A model generated the notes under the pieces. That model was not told the DNA's origin. It worked only from the letters and a program-made list of their open reading frames with translations, and made no database searches. Below, in pieces: positions 1 through 11,853 of a DNA stretch of 64,000 nucleotides. Position 1 is the first letter of the stretch; each line of letters starts with the position of its first letter. The stretch is from Hyaloraphidium curvatum SAG 235-1. Its lineage: Eukaryota > Fungi > Monoblepharomycota. The position numbers and the translations under genes are program-made. Where the stretch lies: NCBI GenBank assembly GCA_025558095.1, contig JAIVFI010000045.1, positions 124,001 to 188,000 on the forward strand. The letters are read 5' to 3'.

Positions 1-143
1 AGCCAACTATCACTGATCTTTACGAGAAGAAAACAGCTGGCGAAGTGCTGTCTCCGGCCCGTGTGCAGCTGTCAACCGATCGGCTGTCTTCCGACCATTG
101 ACACCGAATCCAACTCCCATGTGGATGATGAAGGACAACTTAC

Positions 144-330
144 AGGCGCCGAGAGCGGCAACCGAGCCCGCGATGGCCCCCCGGGCGCGGCTGGGAGCTG
201 TTTGCGCCGACGACGAGAAGGCGCGTGCCGGGGCTGCCATCGGGGTCCGCACGGCCATGCGGGGGCCCAGAGGCACGGAGGAGCGCACGAGGCGCGAGAA
301 TCCGCGCGTTACTGCGGCGTTGGCGGCCAT
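144..330 (-). CDS. Probable first exon of a mitochondrially targeted protein continuing toward or off the left edge (partial)
   Basis: ATG at 330 starts an Arg/Ala/Ser-rich, acid-free presequence (MAANAAVTRGFSRLVRSS...ARAFSSSAQ). A canonical GTAAGT donor follows at 143. Downstream exons could not be resolved. Confidence 0.45.
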
Positions 331-372
331 CGCAGCGGAATCCGAGTGTGTTTGCGGGAGGCAATCGACGCG

Positions 373-2121
373 ATGATGGCGGTGCGCACGGCTCCATCAA
401 TCGCGCTTCGGAGCCCCGCCAAGATGTCCGCGTCGCCGCCGAGCAGCGCGATCGAGATTTCGCGGCCCGCCGGCGGCGATGACGACGCGTTCGGCCTCGG
501 CAAGTCGGGCCCGAGCGGCGGGCGCCGGCAGCACTTCCTGTCGCGCTCGCCTCTCAAAGGCTCGCAGGGCGCGCCCGCGCAGCCGTCGGCGGACCAGCGC
601 GCCGTGCGATACCTGCGCTCGCTGCCGGCCGTGCGCGAGCGGTGCGCCGCCGTGTTCGAGGCGTTCCAGAAGAAGGGCGAATCCGAGTACTTCACGCTCG
701 ACCGCGTAATGGTCGACGACATCGCGGCCAAAGTCGTCGAGATCGGGCACAGGGACTACGGGACGGACGCCGGCATCGACCCCGCAAAGGTGCCGGCCCA
801 CGCCCGCTGGCGGCACTACGCGGCTGGCGGCCCGGACCGCGCAGAGGCGCTGATCTCCGAGTGGGGTGCGGGTCCGAGATAGCCGGTTGACGCATTCCAT
901 TCGCTCACCGGACGCGTCCTGCCAGGCTCCGAAGTCAATACGCTGGAAAAGACGCGTCGGTTGGTGGATTTGACGGTCATTTCGGTGCTCGTGGACGCGG
1001 GAGCGGGGCCGGATTGGAAGTACACAGAGGAGGGAGGCAAGACCTACACGCGCAGCGAAGGTCTGGCCGTGGCGAGCGTCGACATGTTCCGGAAGGGGCT
1101 GTTTTCCTCCAGCTCGACCTCGAAGCACCACGTTGATGGTGGGTCTTGGCTTTCTTCCAGAATCACCTCGTATCTGACGTCTCGCCCCGATCAGCCAAAG
1201 CCCTGAAATCGCTCCAGGCCCAGGCCCTCGCCGCCGCCTTCCAGCACTCGGACTCCAACCCCCTCGTCGGCCTCGAAGGCCGCCACGACCTGCTCAAGCG
1301 GCTCGGCGAGGCCCTCGAATCCTCCCCCCAGTTCTTCGACCCCGCCTTCGGCTCACCCAACCCTTCCCCGCGGCCGGGCAACATGGTCGACTACCTCCTC
1401 GGCAAATCCGAGCGCGTGGGCGAGATCTCCGAGTACGGCACGGGCGGGACCGTGCGCATCTCGCTCAAGGACCTGTGGGAGGTGCTCATCTCGGGCCTTG
1501 GACCTGTGTGGCCGAAGACGCGGACGCAGGTGGCCGGCCAGCCGATGGGCGACGTGTGGCCGTGCGCGCTGCTGGGGGATGGCACCGAAGCGCTGGTGCC
1601 GTTCCACAAGCTGACGCAGTGGATGGCCTACTCGCTCGTCGGGGTGCTGGAGCGCGTGGCAAGGTGGGAGGTGGCGGACCAGGAGCTGCTTACGGGGCTG
1701 CCCGAGTACAGTGGGTGTCCACGGTGCTCATGAAGCTGGTCGTTGTTGATTCGCTTCTTTTGCTGTGCAGGGAACGGCGGGATTATCGTCGACTACGGCC
1801 TGCTTATGGTCAAGGATCCCAAACTGATCGAAGAGCCCCTAGACGTCGGCCACCCTCTCATCGTGGAGTGGCGTGCGCTCACCGTCGCCCTGCTGGACAT
1901 GATCGCCGAGCGCGTGCGGCGGTACCTGAGGCTCACGCCCGAGCAGCTGCCGCTGGCAAAGGTGCTCGAGATGGGGACGTGGAAGGCCGGGAGGGAGGAG
2001 GCGGCGCGGCGCAGGGAGGGCGGAGGGCCGCCGATCCAGATTATTAGGTGAGTTTGAGCTTTTGGGCTTCGGGACGGCGAGGTCTGACAGATGGTTCGGC
2101 AGTGACGGGACCGTGTTCTGA
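373..2121 (+). CDS. URC4: DUF1688 / uracil catabolism protein 4 (Urc4/Urg3-like), 5 exons
   Basis: Motifs YLRSLPAVRERC, VPAHARWRHY, DLTVISVLVDAGAG, RSEGLAVAS, PFHKLTQWMAYSL, TGLPEYRNGG, EWRALTV, LEMGTWKAGRE and C-terminal SDGTVF. Introns 866-925, 1139-1194, 1711-1770, 2048-2102. Start may be ATG 424. Confidence 0.9.
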
Positions 2122-2128
2122 GGAATGT

Positions 2129-3004
2129 CTATTCGCGTTGTGCTTGCTCCAACTTTGAAGCTCCACGATCCAGGAAACCGTTCACGATTTCGTAGAACCG
2201 TTCTGGATCTTCGCGCTGGGGCCAATGGCCGCAGTTTTCCATCATGGCAACCTCGGCACTCGGGATCTGCTTTGCCGCGTCCTCGACAGCTTTTCGTGGC
2301 ACTAACGGATCTTTGGAACCAAGCACGATCAAGGTTTCCGCCTGGATGCCCTTCAGACGCTCGCCAAACACGGTCCCGAGGCGATTCCATCGAATTTCGC
2401 GGAGCTGAAACTCCTGCCACGACTTGGCCGCCCGCGGGTCCCGCGCCGCAGCGTACACGAGGTCCACGAGCTCCTCCGGCATCTTCCGCGGGTCGTGGAA
2501 GATGGACGTGAGCAGCCTCCGCGAGTTTTCTCGGCTCCTGCGCGCCCACGCCCACGTCGCGGCGTTCAAACCAGGGGTCCGGAGGAAAAGGTACGAGAGA
2601 AAGTGCCACGGCACGGTCGCGGCGAAGCCGTACGGCGCCACGAGGACGAGCTTTTCGACCAGCGACGGCGAAGAGATCGCAAGCTGCGCCGCCGCGCCCC
2701 CGCCGAGCGAGAGGCCAGCAATGTGAGCCTTGCTGATCCCGAGCGCGTCGAGGAAGACGCGGGCCACGTCGGCGTAGAACGGCACCGTCGGCGGTTTGGA
2801 AGAGTCCCCGGAAAGACCGTAACCCGGCCAATCGGGAGCGAGGACGCGTCTCCGCCTTGACAGGTGCGAGACGGTGTCCGACCAGGAAAGGGAGGCGGAA
2901 TCCGCGCCACCGCCGTGCAGGAGCAGCAACGGCGGGCCCGGACGATCATCTCCGGCAGAAATGTAGTTGACAAAGAGGTCTCCATCGACATTGACGCTGG
3001 GCAT
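2129..3004 (-). CDS. Alpha/beta-fold hydrolase, intronless
   Basis: LLLHGGG, APDWPGYGLS, nucleophile GLSLGG, GSKDPLVP, CGHWPQRE. Confidence 0.9.
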   Translation of the reverse strand: MPSVNVDGDLFVNYISAGDDRPGPPLLLLHGGGADSASLSWSDTVSHLSRRRRVLAPDWPGYGLSGDSSKPPTVPFYADVARVFLDALGISKAHIAGLSLGGGAAAQLAISSPSLVEKLVLVAPYGFAATVPWHFLSYLFLRTPGLNAATWAWARRSRENSRRLLTSIFHDPRKMPEELVDLVYAAARDPRAAKSWQEFQLREIRWNRLGTVFGERLKGIQAETLIVLGSKDPLVPRKAVEDAAKQIPSAEVAMMENCGHWPQREDPERFYEIVNGFLDRGASKLEQAQRE

Positions 3005-3776
3005 CGCGGAGATTCAACTGCTATGCAGTTGGATTCGGACTTCGCGCGCGGGCAGTCGACAACCTGCTTCGAATTTGTAATGAGGATTCGGGTGACAGGT
3101 CTTAGAAGGCGTTGCACGGCCTACGAACGGCCGCAGCAAAATTCCGTCCCGCCAAAATGAGCGCCCGGGGCGGGCCAGGGCCTACCTATTCGGACGAAGT
3201 TCGGGAGTCCGTCGAGAGGGGGAAATTGGCCTTCTTCGCTGTATACGGTCCGCAGCCCCATGCAGGTGGGGTCGAGTCGAGACTTTTCGGACCGACCTCA
3301 CCTCGTTCTCGACGAAAGACACGGTCGAGGAGGTCGGTACGCGAGCATGCGGGTGCCTGGCTAATTGCTGGATCAGATTGCTCTCGATATCGCCAACGAC
3401 ATGCTACGAAAGCCCAGCGGCTCCATTGTAGCCCGCGTGGAAACGATTCAGGGACCGTTTCTCGGACGACTTTGCCAGCTTTCAGCAATCGCTCGCGCAG
3501 TCGAGCGAAGACAGCATCACGGAACTCGTGAGCGATGGGGACCTCAAACGACGATCCGTGGAAGCGTACGGCATCCTTGCCCGTTGCATCTGATTTCCTT
3601 TGTCCAAACTTTTTCGATCTGGAACATAATGTAGTTCTCGTCGTAGATGAGGATGCTCAATGGTAGCTAAATGAATGACCCTCATTGCGAGAGGGTCGAC
3701 AGGTCGACAGGCCGGCGGAGATCCTGCACTCGTCCCGAGAGCGTTTCCCCATTGAGCCGCGTTGCTGCCACGGCAC

Positions 3777-4718
3777 ATGGCCGCGCCGGTACCAGTCACT
3801 GTCGTCGGAAGTATCAATGTGGACCTTTTCGCCACGGTTCCCCGCTTCCTTCTTCCCGGCGAAACCCTGACCGGAACGCGCTTCGCGACGGACCGGGGAG
3901 GCAAAGGAGCAAACCAAGCTACGGCGGCTGCACTTGCCGGAGCCGCGGTGTCCTTTGTAGGCCGTGTTGGCAACGATTCGTTTGGCGACGGCGCTTTGGA
4001 AGCTTTCCGTGGGCTCGGCATCGATACGCAGCATGTCGGACGCGACAGTACGACGGCAACCGGCACTGCGCTCATCGTCGTTGAAGAGCGCTCGGGTCAG
4101 AACCAAATCATTGTGATTCCCGGAGCCAACCATGCTTTGAACCCGGATCACGTCCGAGGAGCTTCTACTTTGCTGCGGGAATCCAAAGTCGTTGTTTGCC
4201 AGCTCGAGGTCCCCACCGAGTGCGTCGTGGAAGCGTTCCGCATTGCCAAGGGTGTCGACAATGGTCCAATTACGATTTTGAATCCGGCACCGGCCGCTCC
4301 GATACCTGATGAACTGCTGGAGCTCTGCGACATGGTTGCTCCGAACGAGACGGAACTTGAGCTGCTGACGGGCTTGCCGGTCGTCAGCGACAACGAGCTC
4401 GTAGCTGCCGCGAAAGTTCTTCTTGAGCGCGGCGTCCGCGGGCACGTTGTTGTTACCCTGGGAAGCCGCGGGGCCCTCGTTGTCGCGAGAGGCTCGGAAT
4501 CGAACGTCATGTTTGTTCCGGCTCCCAAAGTCGAGGCTGTGGACACGTCTGGGGCCGGGGATGCCTTCATTGGCGCTTTTGCACGTCTGACTGGGGACGG
4601 AAAGACGGTGGAAGAAGCGGCCAAGCTCGCCGTCGGGGTTGCTTCGCTCTCCGTGACCCGACGAGGGACGCAGTCGAGCTATCCGGGCCGCGAGGAAATG
4701 CTTGAGCTTCTGAAGTGA
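3777..4718 (+). CDS. RBK1: Ribokinase (PfkB family)
   Basis: VVGSINVDL, GGKGANQA, GRVGNDSFG, NPAPA, PNETE, DTSGAGDAFIG; intronless. Confidence 0.92.
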   Translation: MAAPVPVTVVGSINVDLFATVPRFLLPGETLTGTRFATDRGGKGANQATAAALAGAAVSFVGRVGNDSFGDGALEAFRGLGIDTQHVGRDSTTATGTALIVVEERSGQNQIIVIPGANHALNPDHVRGASTLLRESKVVVCQLEVPTECVVEAFRIAKGVDNGPITILNPAPAAPIPDELLELCDMVAPNETELELLTGLPVVSDNELVAAAKVLLERGVRGHVVVTLGSRGALVVARGSESNVMFVPAPKVEAVDTSGAGDAFIGAFARLTGDGKTVEEAAKLAVGVASLSVTRRGTQSSYPGREEMLELLK

Positions 4719-4957
4719 TATGTACGGGCAAGCCACTCTTTGAGCCACCCTCCACGGACATGTCATGTCGTTGATTGCACCTGTGTTCGTTATTGCTTGC
4801 GCGGAAGAGTATATCGCGGTCTAGTGGTAAAAGCGGCCGACGCAAGCTTGAGCGCGGTCCTGATGTAGCGCAACAAGATGCATGGAGAACGGGACGAAGG
4901 AAATTGAGGTGAAGCGTGGAGCGACCCGCGAAGAGGATCTGGTGACTGCGGACGCAA

Positions 4958-5938
4958 TCAGCACCCGAGCTGCGGCACCCCCTGCCCCGGGTTGAGAAGG
5001 TTCCATCCGCGGCTGCACCAGTGGTTCCTGTTGGCACTCGTCAACCACAGATCGTCGGCCCGGCGAGGTTGCACCCACGAATCCGTATATCCGCTGGTTC
5101 CCCAGACGCGTTGGTGCAATGTCCCGCACTCGAAGTACGGCGAGCGGTCGTTGCCGCTGACGGCGAGGGCTTCGCAGCACGATCTGGGCGTCCAGATGCA
5201 GTCCCACGAGTTTGTGGACATGCAGCCGACCTGGCCGTACTGCGTGCGCTTGACGGGGACCCAACTGTCGATTCCGGATTGGTCCTGCAGGCAGACCCAA
5301 TTCGAGCCGGGGTAGCTCGGGCCGTCGACCGGGGCGCGGCATGTCTGGTATGGGCGTGGGTCGACTTCGAGACGGGGGTACGGAGCCGGACCCCGCGCGC
5401 AGTTGCCGCCCGGGGGCGAAGGAGCGGGCACCGGTGCCGGGGCCGGCGGAGGTGGAGCAGGAGGCGGGCTCGAGGAACGTTGCAGAGAGATCATGGCCAG
5501 GTTGGCGCTGAATGCTTCGCTGTTGGATGCACGCATGATCAAGCACAGAACAATCGAGCCGGCATAGTCAACCTACCACCACCCGGAGAGCACGTTGATC
5601 CCGTCGTACCACGTCCTCCCGCGACTCAGCCTGTAAGTAAAGGACTGTCCGTTGAGCCCCGCTGTCGAGACTTGCTGATCATTGACACGGCCGCTCCTGC
5701 GCAGGGTAGCGTCGTCCGCGGAGGACGCTCCCCACCAGAACACCGCGGGGACGCCGGCGACGATGGTGGCTTCAGACCAGCGGAAGGTGCAGTCGTCGAT
5801 GATCTCAATGACACCGCCCATGTTGTCGGCGGGCTCGATGGTCGCCAGGCGACCGCGGAAGCCGACGAATGGGTGCGTGGTGGCGCACTGGGCCGCGGCG
5901 CTCCCGGCAAGGGCGAGGACGAGAAGGGCGAGCAACAT
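4958..5938 (-). CDS. Secreted protein: signal peptide + DM13 domain + Pro linker + Cys/Trp-rich domain, 2 exons
   Basis: MLLALLVLALAGSAAAQ signal. DM13-like GVIEIIDDCTF...PAVFWWG...LSGWCEAFSANLA after removing intron 5520-5576 (GTAGGT...CAG). Confidence 0.75.
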
Positions 5939-6348
5939 CGTTGCACTCTGTAGCTGGTTGACGGTGGATTTGGCATGCTTGAGGTGTTGCGGAGCCTTTA
6001 AACCGGCCGTGCTCGCAAATGCTGTGTCGGTCCCCCAGCGGAAAGACTTTCCTTCCGGCGTGTGGAGGTGCGGATGCCGTCGAGTTGTCCCGCCGCCGCC
6101 AAGGGAGATCCCGCGCGACCACGGAGATCCGCTGTTGAGCGCCCGATCAATAGCTCCGCGACAGGAGTCGAACGATGGATGCATTCGAATTCATCGAATA
6201 CAGTCGATGTAGGAATCGACGCACAGTCGCCGCATGTTTTCCCGGCGCGGATGGACTTCGGGCGATCTTGCACAGCAGCCGGGGTCCGCGGCCTATCCCT
6301 GAAAAAGGCCCTGCCGATGGTCGGCCCCGGAGCGCTCGCGCAACGAAG

Positions 6349-8132
6349 ATGCTCATTGCTGCCGTTTTTCTTTGCCTCGTCGCGGGGGCCGCGGCCCAAT
6401 GCCGGAAGACGCACCCGTTCGTCGGCTTCCGCGGCGCCCTGCGGACTCTCGAGCCCGCGGACAACATGGCCGGCACCGTCGAAGTTCTGGACGACTGCAC
6501 GTTCCTCTGGTCCGAAGCGACGCTCCGCCGGGGCGTGCCCGCCGTGTTCTGGTACGGCTCGGCCACGTCGGACGCTCCCAGCGTGCGCCGCGGCGGGCGT
6601 GTGAGCAACGAGCAGGTGCCGGCCAGCGGCCTGGACGGGCAGCAGACCCTCACCTATACGCTGACCGGGAACCGCACATGGGACGATGGTATCTCCGTGC
6701 TGTCGGGATGGTGGTGGGTGCACGCGCGCGGCCTGCTCTTCGGGCCCTGCATCGAGGTGAGGCTGACGAGACCTCCAGCGAGTCATTCAGCGCACATCTT
6801 GCAGTCGTTGAACTCCAAAGGGCACCGACAACCTCTGCCGTGCCTGCTGCCACCCCGTCCAGTGCTGCCCCGTCGCCATCATCAGCGCAGATTCCCACGG
6901 TCACCCCAAAGTTCGAAAGCTGCGTGACGCTCTCGGACGGAGTCTACAATCTGCACTGGACAGTGAACTCCGACGGTACCATCACGATAGCCCAAGAGAT
7001 TGCGGCCGCGGCCATGACCTGGTCGGGGTTCGGCGTGCCCGACCCGTCTGGATCGGGAGGCATGGTGAACGCGAGCGTCGTCATAACCGGGGAGCACGAT
7101 TCGGCCGGCTTCTTCGCAACCAACTACCACCTGTTTGACCGCTCCCAGTGCTCCTACAACGTGCAAGGGGCCACCGACGGCGTGTGTCCCTACTCGGAAC
7201 AGGGAACGGACCTGCGCATGCTGGGCAGCAACTACGATCGTTCTGCCGGCGTGCGCATGGTTTGGTACAGCAGGTCCCTACGCGGATCGGGCAAAGATTG
7301 GCCGATCGTCCTTGGGAGAGAGGTGCCGGTGATCTGGGCTTTCGGACCCCTCAGCGAGTCGTCGGAGCGGCCCGTCGTGCTCTACCACGGCCAGAACCAC
7401 AGGTGGGAGGCTTCCTCAATGCTGTTTGCAAAGTGCGATGCTGATCGCTGTCCTTCTGAATCCAGCCCTACGAATGTCACCATACGATTCGATCGCCAGC
7501 AGAACAACTGCAAGCCCCTGGGTGCCGCAGCGCCCACCTCGAGCGCGCGGAACGAGACCGTTCTCCGCGTACCGGCCTCGAGCCCGACGATCGTCGTCAC
7601 CGTCGGGCCCAACCCCTCATACCCCAACCCGCCCGGGTGGGGCATCTCGTACCACCTCAACGGAGTCGAATCCCCACATCTGGTCTTGGACGCCGGCGCC
7701 GATTACGTCTTCTCCGTCCAAGCCGGCCCCACGCACCCGCTCTACATCACTGATTCCGCGCTCGGTGGCCGGGGACGCATCGACGATCCGATGGCGATTA
7801 AACCCGAGAGGGTGGTGGCCGGCGAGTTTGGCTTCGCCAACGGAACTGCGGCTGCCCCGGGGATCCTGCGGTTCCGAGCAGATCCCGCCCTCCAGCGGGC
7901 TGGGCAGCTTTACTATCAATGCTACAGCCACCAGAAGCTTGGGTGGAAGCTGACTGTGAGGGAAACAGATGCGTCAACGGGCGGCAATGCGGCTACGACC
8001 GCGGCAGCTTCAATGACACCAACCGGTGCGACACCGACGACATCGAGCAGGCCGTCGTCGGCGGATATGAGCTGGGGTACGCATGGTGCGGCGTGGATCC
8101 TGGCGGTAATGGCTGCTTCTTGCCTCACGTGA
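6349..8132 (+). CDS. Secreted, probably GPI-anchored DM13-DOMON protein (Knickkopf/Skeletor-like)
   Basis: Signal peptide; DM13 domain with intron 6714-6778; DOMON (YNLHWTV...WSGFGV...GMVNASVV...VIWAFG...YH); YPNPPGWGISYHLNG, HPLYITDS, LYYQCYSHQKLGWK; S/T-rich stalk and hydrophobic tail. Probable in-frame intron 7403-7465. Confidence 0.8.
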
Positions 8133-8226
8133 TGCACATGAATAGATCAGAAAAGAAAGAGCTCCGAATGATGTGTGCATAGCATTCTATTGCCCAGCAG
8201 CACCATGCAGAGAGACAACGAGTCGA

Positions 8227-10123
8227 TCAATCATCATCCTGAATCTTCACGACCTCGTCAGCCTTTTCGCCCGTGGTCGACACCGAGTCCGCGGACGAAG
8301 AGTCGGCCGCCTTTTGGCCGTCTTTCTCTTCAACCTTGCCGTCGTCCATCGTCGTCCGCAAAACCGTGTGGCGCAGGAACATGACCGAAATCCAGCCCAC
8401 GGCCGTAGCAGAGGCTATCGAAATGAAGGCCTTGGTCAGGCCCGAGACGTAGGCGTCCTGCACCAGGACGTTGACGGCATCGAGCGCTTCCTGGGACATG
8501 GATCCCGATGGCGGAAGCGGGTGTCCGTTCACCTTGTTCTTCACAGCTGATCCAACCATAGCCATCGAGATGTTGTAGTTTGCCGCAATGGCACTCATGG
8601 CCGCGGGAGTGATCGCGTTGCCCGTCGCGATCTGGAGAATCGTTCCGGCCACACCAATGCCCACCACCCCTCCGATCGTGCGCAGAAAAGTGGCTACCGT
8701 GGTGGCCGGGCCCAGTTCGCTGGTGTGAACGTTGGCCTGGACCACGAGCATGAGCATTGAGATCGAAAGGCCGATGCCCAGTCCAAGGATGACGACGAAT
8801 CCCATTTGCTCCCCAAGCGACGTGCTTGCGTCCCAAAGAGCGCAGATACCGATCCCAATAGCTGCAATCGCCATCCCGACTTTGGGAAACGGAAGGTAGA
8901 TGCCCGTCTTGGACGAAATGATACCGGCCGTGATGGATGCAGGGATCAAAGCACCTATCTGCGGCATGAGCTTAAGACCACTCGTAGTGGGCGAGTTTCC
9001 AAGGACAAGCTGGTAGAACAGGGGCTGGCAAAAGGGTTCGTCAGCGAGGGTAGGCGGATCTGTGGTCTCGGCGCCACTTACGAGGAAGTAGGAGCTTGCA
9101 GTCGAGTTCCATCCCACGAAGAAGTTGCCCAAGTATGCGAAAGGAATGTTGCGCATCGCAAACAGGTGCACCGGAACGTTGGGCTCCTTGGGGACCTTCC
9201 ACTCGTAAACGATGAACAAGCCCATAACCACGAGGCCGGAAATCAATGGTCCAAGGGTGTTTGCCGAGCTCCATCCGTACGTGACGGCCCACGTCAGGCC
9301 GAGGAGGAAGAGAGCCGGTGACGCAGAGGATGGCACCGCCGTAGTCGATCCGCGCGAGGGTGACCTTCCACGGTGCCTTGGCCCTCCGCGGGACCTTGAG
9401 GGCGAAGAAGACGCCCGCAAAGCCGATGACGCCGACCGGGATGTTGATCCCTGGTGCGAGCATGTAAGAATGGTGGAGCGGGGATGCTCCTGGTAGCGCA
9501 ACTCACAGAAGCAGCCACGCCAGCTCCATCCGTCCGTAATGACTCCACCCAGCAGCGGACCGAGGATGGCGCTGACACCGGCAATCGAGCCCATCAATGC
9601 TTGGTAAACGCCACGCTCGCGGAGCGTCACGATGTCCGCAATCAAAACGTAGACGCCCGCCTGCATACCACCGCTGTTGGCATAGCAAGTTTAGGGCGGA
9701 AGCAAAGCAACTGCATAGTGATGCTCACCCTCCGACCCCCTGGAGGCCCCTTCCGATGATGAGGACGACCATGGAGGGCGCGAGAGCGCACACGACGCTC
9801 GAGAGGATAAAGAAGCAGATGTTGAACAGGAGCAACTCCTTCCTGCCCAGGACGTCGCCGAGCTTGCCCCACAACGGGCCCAGCGCCGTACTCGACAGAA
9901 GGTAGGCGGTTCCGATCCAAGAAAGGAGGTCCTCGCCGCCAAGGTCCTTGACCATGGCGGGAATGGCGACCGAGACCATGGTGCCGTCCAGGGCAAAGAG
10001 CACGATGGCCAGGGAGAGGGAGAAGATGCCAAGGAGCTTCTCCGTCTTGGTTTTCGGGGGAGCCGCGGCCACGACGGCGGCTTCGTCGGCCTCCGCAGGT
10101 GGCCCTGCCTCAAAGCCCTCCAT
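8227..10123 (-). CDS. MFS DHA2-type drug:H+ antiporter, multi-exon, apparent frameshift near 9315
   Basis: LFALDGTMVSVAIP, PLWGKLGDVLGRK, GRGLQGVGG, GPLLGGVITDGWSWRGCF, RIDYGG, FLRTIGG. Confidence 0.85.
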
Positions 10124-10521
10124 TTCGATGTCAGGTCGGAGGAAGTTGGGCTCGCAAGCAGGCGGAGCTTGGGTGGGGAAGAAGTCGGGGCTCTGGGCGG
10201 CACTGAAGGCCCGGTCTCTCGAAGACGCGAGGTCCAGGGGCGGCAAAGCTATTTAACTCGCTGTAGGCTTGCGGAGGAAGAGCTGCCGCGGAGAGTGGAG
10301 AGGCGGTGACGCTTTTCCGTGATTCCGGGTAATCCGCGGTGGCGTCCCGGTTCCAGCCGCTCAAAAACAGCCTCAACCCCCGAGGTTTTCGAGACGGCGT
10401 GGGGCAAACTCGCTGCGAGGAAGAAAGGGGATGAAAGTCGCGGACGCATGCACCTTTCTCTGCGTTCGTCGCGGATCTTTTTCCATCCGGGCCACAGCTC
10501 CCACTACGATCTTCGAGAAGC

Positions 10522-11853
10522 CTAGCTCGGGTCCTTGACCGACAGGGATTTGACGATCTCGTAGCTGAATATCAGCAGCGTGCTCGTCGGCACCGTGCTC
10601 AGCATCCTCGCCCTGACCCCCTTCATGAAGCCCGCCGCGCCGTCCTGCCTCCACAGGTCCGCCACCACGGCCAGCAGCGACCTGCCAGCGCCCGTCTGGA
10701 TGCGGGTCTTGATCGTGTCCAGGGGATTGGTCAGGAAGGCCGAGGTGAACCCCGCGGCGACGCCCGAGAGGGCGAGCACGGCCAGGTCCGCGGGCGGGCG
10801 CTTCAGCACCGAGACGGGGATGTCGTACTCGTTGTACGGCCTCGACCCGTCGTCGTCGTCGTCGTCCGCGGCCCGCGAGGCGCCCTCCTTGGCGGACGGC
10901 GTGCCGTACACGGCATAGTTCAGGTTGCGGCGGGCGACCGAGTTGGTGGCCCACCAGATGGCGCTCGAGGGCATGTAGGTGAAGAGGGAGGAGAAGAAGC
11001 CGCGGTACAGCCCGCGCGCGCCTTCGGTGGAGAGGATGTGGCGGACCACGTGGATGCCGGAGCGGTAGTGCGGGTATTGCGGCGCCGAGGAGCCCGAGGG
11101 CGACGGTCGGGGCGGGGAGGGGGTATTGGGCGCGGAATTGGGGCGCGAGGATTTGCCGAAGAGCGATTGCGACTTGTCGCGGGTCTGGATCATCAGTCTG
11201 ATGGGGAAGTTAGATCATTTGTCATGAACTGCGAACTTGGAAGGGATCAATCATCGACGCTCACCTCTGCGCGACGACGTCGATCGGAACGACGACAAAC
11301 TGCGACGTCAGCGACGCGGTGGCCCCGCCGACGAGGTTGCTGACAAAGGAAGAAGACGCCTCGTCGTAAAGGCCCGCCAACGGTGCCCCCTCAGCGACCT
11401 TGGACTTGACCAGCTCTGCGCGGCGAAAGGACGTTCCCGCCAACACCAATCAGCCTCCGCCGCCAACCCCGCCGCGCCCCACAAGTCCAAACCCACCGTA
11501 GGTCGATATGTACACCAGCTGCGCCGGCACGGCCCCAAAAATCGACACCGAGAACCCCGAGTAGAGCGCCCTCACGCCCTCCTTCCTCCCGATCTGCGCC
11601 AGCGTCGAAAACACCCGCTGAGAGGGCGACCTGCCGACCTGCATCCGCGTCTTGACCAGCTGTCGGAGGCGGGCGTAAGTGCCCGGTCCGGTCCCCGGGC
11701 GCGGGGGAAGGTACCCGCCTGGAACGGGTACACGAGCCAGCGGACGATGAAGACCGAGATGGAGCCGTAGGTGAGGAACTTCCTCTTGTCGACCTGGTCC
11801 CACTGCACGTCGATGCCCGAGGCCGACGGCGCGGCGCGCGCGGCGGCGGGCAT
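10522..11853 (-). CDS. Mitochondrial carrier family protein (SLC25A44-like), multi-exon
   Basis: Three carrier signatures after splicing: YPFQLVKTRMQ, VPIDVVAQ, NPLDTIKTRIQ. N-terminal IDVQWDQVDKRKF. Confidence 0.85.

Noticed and set aside
373-4718. URC4 + hydrolase + ribokinase as a pyrimidine or nucleoside catabolic cluster
   Set aside because: The expected partners URC1 and URC6 are not visible in the window. The gene to the left is truncated, so a link cannot be supported or fully excluded.
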